Under the pieces are notes generated by a model. The model did not search any database and was not told the origin of the DNA. It saw only the letters and a list, made by a program, of their open reading frames with translations. DNA of 36,763 nucleotides, from contig JAQVZT010000001.1 in NCBI GenBank assembly GCA_028708055.1, forward strand, positions 1 to 36,763, written 5' to 3'. A program made the translations under genes and the position numbers. This stretch comes from Methanothrix sp. Lineage in GTDB: Archaea; Halobacteriota; Methanosarcinia; Methanotrichales; Methanotrichaceae. Shown here piece after piece: positions 27,727-36,763 of the stretch (the first letter of the stretch is position 1; each line of letters starts with the position of its first letter).

Positions 27727-29341
27727 TGTTCTGCCTCCAGGGTGGGTTTATGAATTTCCAGGTTGGGCTGTTCACAGACATGTCGATGTCCTTGGCAAAC
27801 TGCACGAAGCCTTCAAAGCCTGTGTAAGGACCGCTGTAGTCATAGGAATGCATTTGCCGGGATGGAATGTGCATCTTCTGGAAGACGTACTTGTCTTTGA
27901 TTCCCGAACAGAAGAGATCGATTCCCATATCCTTTACCAGCCTCTCGCATTCGTGATGGCTGTAGTCGTCGATCATGATCTGGCCGTCTTTCATATGGGG
28001 AAGCAGGCCCTCATAATTCATGAGCCTTGAAATTTTCTCCTTCTTTTTCTGGATCTCTGCATTGTCGTAGGGCGAGACAACATTCGGGTCACGCTCGTAA
28101 TGAATGTCCTCGAGCACCTTCGACCGTCCGGTGTGCACAATTGAGGAGAGCACCTTTCGGCCCTCATAGTCATCCCGGTGGGCGAACTCATATCCGGCCA
28201 CGACCACCTCCATGCCCAGGGTCTCGAACATGTTTCTGAAGTGGTGGGCGCGTGAGCCTCCGACCAGAATCATGACCTTCTTTCCGGCGAGCCTCTTCCT
28301 GTACATGTCAATGGTCGGCTGGATCTTTGCCATCTCCTCGGCGATCACAGCCTCGGTTCTCTTTGTCAGATCCGGATCATTGAAGAAGGCCGCCATATCC
28401 CGAAGGGTGGCGATTGTGTCTTCAACTCCCAGGTAGTTGACTTTGAGCCAGGGCAGGCCGTATTTCTCCTCCATCATGCGGTTGGTGTAGTTGATTGACC
28501 TGTGGCAGAGCAGGATGTTCAGCTTGGCTCTGTGCGCTTTGGCGATATCGTGGAATGAGGCGTCGCCAGTGAAGGGGCTGACCACTCTGTAGCCCACCTT
28601 TTCAAGCAGTTCTTTGACTACCCAGTAGTCCCCGCCGATGTTGTATTCTCCGAAGACGTTGACATCAAAGGGGCCGGGGTCTTCCAGCTCTTCTGTGCCC
28701 ACCAGGTGCTCCATCAGTGAGTTGGAGGCTATGTGGTGGCCCGCCGATTGAGAGACGCCCCGGTAGCCCTCGCAGCGCACCGGGATGACCTTGATTCTCA
28801 GGTCGGCTTCTGCCTTTTTGCAGACCGATTCGATATCATCGCCGATGAGGCCGATAGGGCAGGTGCAGAATATCGAGATGCACTCAGGCTTGAAGATGGC
28901 ATAGGCCTCTCGAATGGCGGCAGCGAGCTTCTTCTCGGCTCCAAAGACGATATCGGTCTCCTTGACATCGGTGCTGAGGCAATAGCCGGCAAAGCAGTCT
29001 CTGCCCTCCTCCTTTTTCATGAGGTTTCTTCTGGTGCCCCAGGTGAAGTAAGCGCAACCGATGGGGCCGTGAGTGATATGCAGGATATCTTTGATCGGCC
29101 CGAAGACCACTCCTTTGGAGCCTGCATAGGCACAGCCGCGGTTGGTGAGGATGCCGGGGATGGATTTGTCGTTGGCCTCGATCTTCTGTTCGACCTCGCA
29201 GGCGTCCTTGACCACCACATGCTTCTTTCGTACCTCTCTCGTATTCTTGGGAATACCTCTGAGCATATCCTCGACTGCTTCCAGGCTACCGGCGATAGTT
29301 GTCGGTTTGGCCACGCTCTCGACTTTTTCCGCTCCGCTCAT
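27719..29341 (-). CDS. nifD: Nitrogenase MoFe protein alpha chain
   Basis: RGCAYAG, HGPIGC, CTCPIGLIGDD, LLCHRSINY and QMHSYDYSGPY cofactor ligands; no G-subunit gene between D and K. Confidence 0.95.
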   Translation of the reverse strand: MSGAEKVESVAKPTTIAGSLEAVEDMLRGIPKNTREVRKKHVVVKDACEVEQKIEANDKSIPGILTNRGCAYAGSKGVVFGPIKDILHITHGPIGCAYFTWGTRRNLMKKEEGRDCFAGYCLSTDVKETDIVFGAEKKLAAAIREAYAIFKPECISIFCTCPIGLIGDDIESVCKKAEADLRIKVIPVRCEGYRGVSQSAGHHIASNSLMEHLVGTEELEDPGPFDVNVFGEYNIGGDYWVVKELLEKVGYRVVSPFTGDASFHDIAKAHRAKLNILLCHRSINYTNRMMEEKYGLPWLKVNYLGVEDTIATLRDMAAFFNDPDLTKRTEAVIAEEMAKIQPTIDMYRKRLAGKKVMILVGGSRAHHFRNMFETLGMEVVVAGYEFAHRDDYEGRKVLSSIVHTGRSKVLEDIHYERDPNVVSPYDNAEIQKKKEKISRLMNYEGLLPHMKDGQIMIDDYSHHECERLVKDMGIDLFCSGIKDKYVFQKMHIPSRQMHSYDYSGPYTGFEGFVQFAKDIDMSVNSPTWKFINPPWRQNNA

Positions 29342-29691
29342 GATATTGCCACACTCCCTCTCTCGCCGGTTCTTATCCGGACGGACTCTTCCACCGGGCA
29401 GACAAATATCCTGCCGTCACCGAAGTTTCCGGTGCGGTTGACCTTGGTGATGACGGCCACCACTGCCGGTACGAATTCGTCTTCCACCATGATCGAGATC
29501 ATCCTCTTGGGAATGAATTTCATATTCTTATTCGATGAATCAAGCTGGGACGGATGGGGGATTTGCAGACCCTTCTGCTTTCCCCGGCCGCTGGCTTTGT
29601 AGACGGTGATGGATGGGATGCCTATGACCTCCAGGGCATCTTTGGTGCTCTCCATCTTGTTCATCTGGATGATGGCCAGGACTTCTTTCAT
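29338..29691 (-). CDS. nifI2: P-II-like nitrogenase regulator NifI2
   Basis: [38 protein letters not shown]. Confidence 0.92.
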   Translation of the reverse strand: MKEVLAIIQMNKMESTKDALEVIGIPSITVYKASGRGKQKGLQIPHPSQLDSSNKNMKFIPKRMISIMVEDEFVPAVVAVITKVNRTGNFGDGRIFVCPVEESVRIRTGERGSVAIS

Positions 29692-30824
<1,133 letters not shown>

Positions 30825-30903
30825 TCACCTTGATTTTATTTAATGTTTAATATTTATTTCTGGGGAGCTGCTGATTTTTCGCACTGGCTCCGCAGTCATG
30901 CTG

Positions 30904-30931
30904 GATGAGTTGGGGAGAGGCCCAACTCATC
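30904..30931. other. Perfect 11-bp hairpin upstream of nifH
   Basis: GATGAGTTGGG-GAGAGG-CCCAACTCATC. Confidence 0.6.
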
Positions 30932-31262
30932 GGAATCTGGCCCTTGAAAGGAGTGTCCGCACGTATCTGTGGTAGTCTTCGACCTCTCACCTCTAAGACT
31001 GCGGTGCGATCGAGGATATAAGGAATTATTTGAGAAGATGGCGGCGGATGTCGGAATATTGCGGAGGGATTGTGAAAAGGTATGAGAAGAGATGAACGAT
31101 AGGTGCAAACTAGACGGCGAAAGATAGAGGATCTCTGTCAACATGTTATGAGCATTAATTTCTGGATAGCATCCTGATGAGTAATCGCTCATGTTCTCCA
31201 AAGGCCATTGAGCTATTCCAGAGTGCAAAGATCGTTTCAAAGAGCAAATTAGGCTTTTTGAA

Positions 31263-31276
31263 GAAACGCAAATTCC
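31263..31276 (-). promoter_or_regulatory. Candidate NrpR-type operator (1 mismatch)
   Basis: Minus strand GGAA-TTTGCG-TTTC versus the Methanococcus consensus GGAA-N6-TTCC, ~25 nt after a TTTTATAG box. Confidence 0.3.
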
Positions 31277-31342
31277 CTTAAACATCCATTGCAGCGAAAA
31301 GCTATAAAAGCTATTATTGGATTAACTTATGGGTTGGATGCT

Positions 31343-34342
31343 ATGAAAAAGAATCCAAAGCTTAGACTACTCGTTAATACCGATCTTATTACCGAAGAAG
31401 ATGTTAGATTAAAGTTCGTATTCGAATTGTTTAGGCTATTGGGCTATAAAGATAATTATTCTGAAAGTGAACTTGCCATTTATGGCACGATTGGTCGTCG
31501 GAAAGAGCCGCCAAAATACGCGGACCTTGCATATTTCAATGATCCAAATTATATACATAATAAAAAAGACAAAGATTGGGTAGAGAATCATACTCTGGTG
31601 ATTGTGGAGATAAAGAAGCCGGATGTGGATTTGGACAAGTATATTGATCAAGCAATCTCTTATGCTATTTTCTCAAGAGCCCCCATTGTAGTCTTAACAA
31701 ATGGTATAAAAATATGCATAATGATATACGATGGATATAATAAATTCAAAGAAATCAAGCAATTCTTGCGCAAGGATTTAATCCAAGAATGGGGCGAGGT
31801 AAAGAGACTATTGGCCTATTCGCGTGTAAGGGATTTAAAGAGAAATGATGTTAATAATATAAATTTAAGTAATATAGATTATAGTCAATACGTTATTACC
31901 CTCTCAGATAGACTTTCAGAGGAAATTAAGAACTCAATTGGATTCTATATACCTAGATTTTTGACATCTGTTTCCTCGATCTCGCGTTTCCGTTCGGAAT
32001 TAAAAAAAAGTGGTGAGGAAGGTCAATTGATCTCCGCGGAAATGGCTTCAATTGATAATAATCATTTAATAATCCTTGGGGATCCCGGGTCCGGCAAATC
32101 TTGTCTATTAAATCATTTAGCTTTGGAAACCATAGCTGATTCTCATTCGATACCTATAATCATAAAAGCAAAATTTTGGGGATTTGCTTTTAATACAATT
32201 CTCGAAGCTATTGAGAGTGAATTAAAACCTTGCATTGCAGGAATAGATGAAGATATAATAGCAGACGAATTACGTTCAAATAAATATGCTATCTTAATTG
32301 ATGGCTACGATGAAATCAGGAATTCTAAGGAAATCTTCGAAAGCGAGATCGCATCATTATCAAATAACAATAATAATAAAATAATTTTGACTTCCAGAAA
32401 AGCCAGTTACCATGAAGAATTATCTAATTTTAGCGCATTCGAAATGAAAGAGTTGAATAATTCCCAAATTGACGATTACGCCAAAAATATTAAATCATTG
32501 GATCACTTTTCATATCATCTATTCGAGCAAAATTTGCTTGATTTGGCACGATTGCCGTTATATCTATTTATGCTGTGCAATATGGCGGAAGGCAATACGA
32601 ATATGGAGATGGCGAAAAATAGGGCAATACTACACGATAGATTCGCATCTTACTTGCTAGAAGACTATCTTTTTAAACGGATACCTGGATATCAGCCAAA
32701 ATATTCCCTGCAATTGAAAATGCAATTTCTGTCATGTTTAGCAGAAAGAAAAACATGTGAACCATTATTTAGTGACTATACTCAATGCACAACAGGATTA
32801 AATAATTTTCATGATATTACAGCGCTTTTGCAGGAGATTTTAGAATCAGGCATTTTGACAGGCTCTTGCTCTTCTTTTGATTTTATTCACCCGGCAATCA
32901 GGGAATTTTTTTATGCTAGATTGATTAAATCATTTTCATCCGATAAAATAATAAGCTTTTTAGAAGGATTTCACGAAAATGAGGCGTATTTTGACATAAT
33001 ATTATTTTTGGCAGGCATCCCAAAAGAGAAAGATAAACAGAAGGCAATACTTGATTATTTAGAATTAAACGACCTGCAATTATACATCAAATGTCTTGAG
33101 GCTAGATATGTTGATCTAGAGAATACAAAAGACTATTCTAAATTTGAATATAATTATCTTTTCCAGCTTCAATGCTCGTATAATTTACTATTAGATAAAT
33201 ATTTTAATGCTATTAAGAAAAACTTCACTCCTTATTTATCTATTCATCCAGATCAAAAATCGAATATCAAAGATCAAAAAGTGCAAGTAATTGGATATAT
33301 CGATGTGCCTAATCAAAGGATCAGATATGGTTATCAACTTATTAAATCTTCTGAAGATTTTAAACCAATCATAAGATCCAAGAGCTCCTTTAAGATTAAA
33401 TCAGAATTTTTTTATAGGGAAATGAGTATCCCAGGATTGGATTTAGATTCTGCAAGAATATTGGCAACAGATGATATAAGAGATCAATTGACACGCAGTC
33501 TTAGATTTAAATTGCTTGATCATCCAATCGAAGTAGAGTGTGAGATGATCGTTGCAAGCATTAAAAGGATAGCCTCGACTGCAAGAATGTTTCAGGATAA
33601 GTCTCTTGAACCCCTATGGAAATTCAATTATGGTTTGTATGACGCGAGAGTATATTATGATACTCTTAAAAGCATGAGATACCATCGATTTATCCATGTC
33701 GGCATTAATAATCCAAGATGGCCACTTAATATAGAGCATATTCTTGTATCATTAGATGAATTAATAAATAGAGATATATCTTTAACGGAGGTGGTCTTGC
33801 CTCCCTATTATTGTCGTGAGAGTTCTCCTCACTTGGGAGAAGAAATGGAAAAAAGGCTCATAAATCGGCTAAATGTAATGTATAACATTTTGCCTCGCCT
33901 GTATTCGGATATGGTGGATTCGAATATTCCCAATTTGAGAAAGTATATGGGCTATGCCAGTATTTGTCCTTTTAGATGTATCGTAAGATATCACTTAGGA
34001 GTAGACTTTTCAAAAAAAGGTATCATAAGATGTCCGCTTGGAGAGGCATCCATTTATTTCATGCCACATCCCAAAGGAGAAATACTGCCCGCTGAGGTAG
34101 TGTGTGCGGATCCAGATATCAATGAAGAAGACCAAATAAGGCTGAGAAGTGAATATATCAATGCGCTTAAGTCATTAGGACGCTACACCAAGAATGGCTA
34201 TTTTCGTATCTTTCTTCCATCTGTGATGGAAATAATTGATGACCTAGCATTGACAAATGCGCTATATGAGCTTTTTTATAAAGACCTTGAATGGTTCATT
34301 GAGGATAGATCCGATATTTCGTACATTGGGTTTCAGATTTAA
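31343..34342 (+). CDS. HsdR_N-type PD-(D/E)XK nuclease fused to a NACHT NTPase and an unknown C-terminal domain
   Basis: EEDVRLKF...LGY...AD...VEIKK...QAISYA...LTNG; LGDPGSGKS, LIDGYDEI, ILTSR, LPLYL, FIHPAIREFF; strongly AT-rich; ATG 31343 (TTG 31289 alternative). Confidence 0.85.
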   Translation: MKKNPKLRLLVNTDLITEEDVRLKFVFELFRLLGYKDNYSESELAIYGTIGRRKEPPKYADLAYFNDPNYIHNKKDKDWVENHTLVIVEIKKPDVDLDKYIDQAISYAIFSRAPIVVLTNGIKICIMIYDGYNKFKEIKQFLRKDLIQEWGEVKRLLAYSRVRDLKRNDVNNINLSNIDYSQYVITLSDRLSEEIKNSIGFYIPRFLTSVSSISRFRSELKKSGEEGQLISAEMASIDNNHLIILGDPGSGKSCLLNHLALETIADSHSIPIIIKAKFWGFAFNTILEAIESELKPCIAGIDEDIIADELRSNKYAILIDGYDEIRNSKEIFESEIASLSNNNNNKIILTSRKASYHEELSNFSAFEMKELNNSQIDDYAKNIKSLDHFSYHLFEQNLLDLARLPLYLFMLCNMAEGNTNMEMAKNRAILHDRFASYLLEDYLFKRIPGYQPKYSLQLKMQFLSCLAERKTCEPLFSDYTQCTTGLNNFHDITALLQEILESGILTGSCSSFDFIHPAIREFFYARLIKSFSSDKIISFLEGFHENEAYFDIILFLAGIPKEKDKQKAILDYLELNDLQLYIKCLEARYVDLENTKDYSKFEYNYLFQLQCSYNLLLDKYFNAIKKNFTPYLSIHPDQKSNIKDQKVQVIGYIDVPNQRIRYGYQLIKSSEDFKPIIRSKSSFKIKSEFFYREMSIPGLDLDSARILATDDIRDQLTRSLRFKLLDHPIEVECEMIVASIKRIASTARMFQDKSLEPLWKFNYGLYDARVYYDTLKSMRYHRFIHVGINNPRWPLNIEHILVSLDELINRDISLTEVVLPPYYCRESSPHLGEEMEKRLINRLNVMYNILPRLYSDMVDSNIPNLRKYMGYASICPFRCIVRYHLGVDFSKKGIIRCPLGEASIYFMPHPKGEILPAEVVCADPDINEEDQIRLRSEYINALKSLGRYTKNGYFRIFLPSVMEIIDDLALTNALYELFYKDLEWFIEDRSDISYIGFQI

Positions 34343-34427
34343 TATTTTTGCAGCTATTGATTTTTGCGTGACTGAAGGCCCGGTACACGTGCGGGGCTGC
34401 CGGGCGCGACTAGCCTGTGGCCCCGCA

Positions 34428-34553
34428 AGGATCGGCCAGCCGGAGACTGCCAGCGCCCGCAAAGCAGCCCCTGCCCATTGGTCGGGCCAGCCTGGCGGAC
34501 GGCGGTTATCGCCCCGGATGGCCTTTTATCGCGAGACGACCCAATCGGCGCGG
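34428..34553 (+). repeat. GC-rich dispersed repeat, copy 1
   Basis: Aligns by eye with 36283-36433. Confidence 0.75.
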
Positions 34554-34720
34554 ATTGAGTGATCTGGAAAAAGACGTCTGTCTCTCATCTGAACTTTGCG
34601 GCTTTCCGGCATCACGTTAAATCCGTGACATTGGACCGACTGGCAACTCTGGCGGCAGGCCCACGCACGCGCCCCGCGTTGCCGTTCCGTCGGTTGCTTC
34701 TGCGGTCAAATACACATTGC

Positions 34721-35011
34721 TCAGAGATCCTCAATTGCAGCACACGACGTAGTCGGACAGGCTTCTAGAGCCTTCAGATCAACCTCGCCCGCCGCGAGCG
34801 GTTTTGCAAGCAATCTTCCATCATGAAATGCCTCCATAATGCGATCGATTTTTCTTTGAGTATCTATAGAGTAGTAAGACTCGCCACAGTTCGGACAAAC
34901 GAATGCAGGAATATTCTTGATCACTACTACCTGCTCGCCAACTCTGGCGACAAATTCTGTGATTCCTTCTCGCATTTTGCTCTTGCATAGAAGGCATTCA
35001 CCAGGGTCCAT
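34721..35011 (-). CDS. YgiT-type zinc-finger protein (MqsA-like antitoxin)
   Basis: CLLC...VIKNIPAFVCPNCGESYY; downstream of a DUF4258-like gene. Confidence 0.85.
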   Translation of the reverse strand: MDPGECLLCKSKMREGITEFVARVGEQVVVIKNIPAFVCPNCGESYYSIDTQRKIDRIMEAFHDGRLLAKPLAAGEVDLKALEACPTTSCAAIEDL

Positions 35012-35012
35012 T

Positions 35013-35330
35013 CTATCTCCTCCACCTGCTATTTACCCATTCATCTTCGTTTGGCAGATATACTGTCACTATTACCAGTCGATCTTTGCAGATAGCCACA
35101 ACTATATGATGCAGCATCCCTCTTGTTAGCCCTAACATCAGCACAGCGGGGCAGCGATAATCGTCATGGTATTTCTCTATTATCTCTCCATTTGTTAATA
35201 AGGATATCAGATCCTCGGCGGATACGCCTCTTTAGAACATCCTTGCACCGGCATGATTTGAGATGATTATATCATTTGTCAAAACAAACGATTTTATCTT
35301 ATCATACAGGACATTCTCTTCTTCATTGTT
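35013..35330 (-). pseudogene. DUF4258-like toxin gene with a premature stop
   Basis: Hand translation: ISNHAGARMF*RGVSAEDL...GEIIEKYHDDYRCPAVLMLG...HIVVA...VIVTVYLPNEDEW; TAA at 35232-35234; 5' end approximate. Confidence 0.8.
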
Positions 35331-35605
35331 GCTCGCAGCAGTACCGCCTTAAGCCATTGCGCACAAATCGCTGATGCAGATATCGAACACGTCCCATAAA
35401 CAGAATTATTTAGTTTAGACATTAATTAGAGTATCGGCTTTAGAGATCTGACTTGCCATTTAGTGCGGAGTTATTCTCTCGCTCACCAAAGCCGCCCGCC
35501 CACATATGCCCGCGCGCCCCTGCGTGAGCCCGCCCGAGCGTCCGCATGGAAGACGACAACGCAGCCAGCCCCGGAGGGCCCGGCTTTCTGGCAGCGGTCT
35601 AAAGC

Positions 35606-35833
35606 ATGCGAAGAAAAAACGAGATCATCGATGACCCAGAGCCATTTTATGGCGAAGTTCCAGAACTCAAAGGACTGTGGGCAACGGGCAAAACTCTTGA
35701 AGAATGCCGAAAGAACCTCATGGATGCCCTTGAAGATTGGATCGCAGCGCATCTGGCATGGGGCTACCCGGTCCCGCCTCTCGAAGGTCATATGATACAA
35801 GTCTCGAATGAGCCGATGGCTGTTGCAGACTAA
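35606..35833 (+). CDS. hicB: HicB-family antitoxin, probably 5'-truncated
   Basis: EIIDDPEPFYGEVPELKGLWATGKTLEECRKNL..ALEDWI; the usual N-terminal helix appears to be replaced by GC-rich sequence. Confidence 0.75.
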   Translation: MRRKNEIIDDPEPFYGEVPELKGLWATGKTLEECRKNLMDALEDWIAAHLAWGYPVPPLEGHMIQVSNEPMAVAD

Positions 35834-36048
35834 ACTCGTACCGGTTTCATGGCACGAGCTAATCAGCCGTCTCAACAAACTTGGGTGGAACGGACCTTTT
35901 CCCGGTAAGAAGCATCCGTACATGCAAAAGGATGGAGTATTCTTGCTCATTCCCAACCCGCATCATGGCGAAGACGTTAGCGTTGACCTCATTAAGAAAG
36001 TCCTAAAGAGCAGAAATCAGTCGTGATCAATGGTTTGAGGCTGCATAA
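35823..36048 (+). pseudogene. hicA: HicA-family toxin with a C-terminal frameshift
   Basis: LVPVSWHELISRLNKLGW.GP..GKKHPYM...IPNPHHGEDVSVDLIKKVLK; the expected tail AEISRDQWFEAA* is in another frame from ~36010. Confidence 0.75.
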
Positions 36049-36282
36049 CTTCATATCCTAAATCCAACTTCCTTGGAAAACCACTCTTCTTGAGCTCAAC
36101 ACTTCCTGACACTGGGTCCAACGGGCCTCCTGCCCCCATGCACGATTGCCTGCCAGGCCATCCAGCCCGTTGTGACAACATCGCCATTTAGTCCCAGCCC
36201 CACGTGGCGCAGCCGGGACCCGATGCGGGGATACGGAACGTTTGAGGAACTGCTGGGGGAGCGGCTGGCCCACTGCTCTGAA

Positions 36283-36433
36283 AAGATCTGCCCGCCGGAG
36301 ACCATCAGCGCTCGCAAAGCCGCCCATCCCGGCCCACGAGGCCGGGCGCTTGCTTGGCAGCTGGGCCAGGCTGGCGGACGGAGGCTGCCGTCCCGGATGG
36401 CCTTTTGTCGAGAAACGACCTCTTTTGGCGCGG
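36283..36433 (+). repeat. GC-rich dispersed repeat, copy 2 (with an extra internal hairpin)
   Basis: Same GCCGGAGAC..CAGCG..CGCAAAGC and GGGCCAG.CTGGCGGACGG...CCCGGATGGCCTTTT.TCG.GA.ACGACC blocks as copy 1. Confidence 0.75.
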
Positions 36434-36763
36434 CCCGACATGTTCAGCATACGGCGAAGGACCCGGTAGCGGGAATGGCAAATCGCGATGCTAGGATGCT
36501 GCTAAGCCGTAGACTGCCGGGCTCTGCTGACCTGCGCGCTCGCAAGGATCGCAACGCCTGTAGACCGACACGAATCCCTTGTGCGTCCTCTCTTCCTTCG
36601 TGCCTAGGTGGCAGGACACTGCCGCTCGGTCATAACATCGAGATTTATCGAACGATTTTTAGAATGTGATGTGATTATGAGCCACTCATAACAAGTATGA
36701 AAAAATTTTAACAAAGTTTTTATATCATCTTCTGCTCGTTGATCTTCCATCGAGGATCGTGAT

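Noticed and set aside
26368-29341. Alternative (V or Fe-only) nitrogenase
   Set aside because: No vnfG/anfG between D and K; nifEN and modBC are adjacent.
31343-31900. Type I restriction-modification system
   Set aside because: Only the HsdR_N nuclease domain is present, fused to NACHT; there is no helicase, hsdM or hsdS.
34257-36669. Arg/Pro/Ala-rich ORFs over the GC-rich spacers (34257..34562, 35463..35795, 36058..36450, 36172..36669)
   Set aside because: No recognisable domains or SD; their mutual similarity is explained by the DNA repeat.

Overview
Archaeal methanogen DNA, most consistent with a Methanothrix/Methanosarcinales-type genome (inferred from cobY/cobZ, Sm + TFE-beta, nifH-nifI1-nifI2-nifDKEN order and GGAGG/GGTGA SD motifs). 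Left to right: the 5' part of hcp with a divergent HxlR regulator; SnoaL and cupin genes; a visibly more AT-rich island (~2.3-9.2 kb) with a complete lasso-peptide cluster (B1-B2-C-A-kinase-nucleotidyltransferase); a divergent beta-keto-acid cleavage enzyme plus AAC(3)-like acyltransferase; an RhlE-like helicase; cobZ-cobS-cobY; housekeeping genes; amtB-glnK; a Mo-nitrogenase operon followed by an F420-type PPOX gene and modBC; and a defence-like tail with an AT-rich HsdR_N-nuclease-NACHT gene, two decayed toxin-antitoxin pairs and GC-rich dispersed repeats. The 37-aa lasso precursor (4520-4633, minus strand) is missing from the ORF track and was read by hand. The top candidate novel system is this archaeal lasso cluster with an unusual core and a possible extra acylation module. 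All family calls come from motif recognition by eye; no database searches were run.
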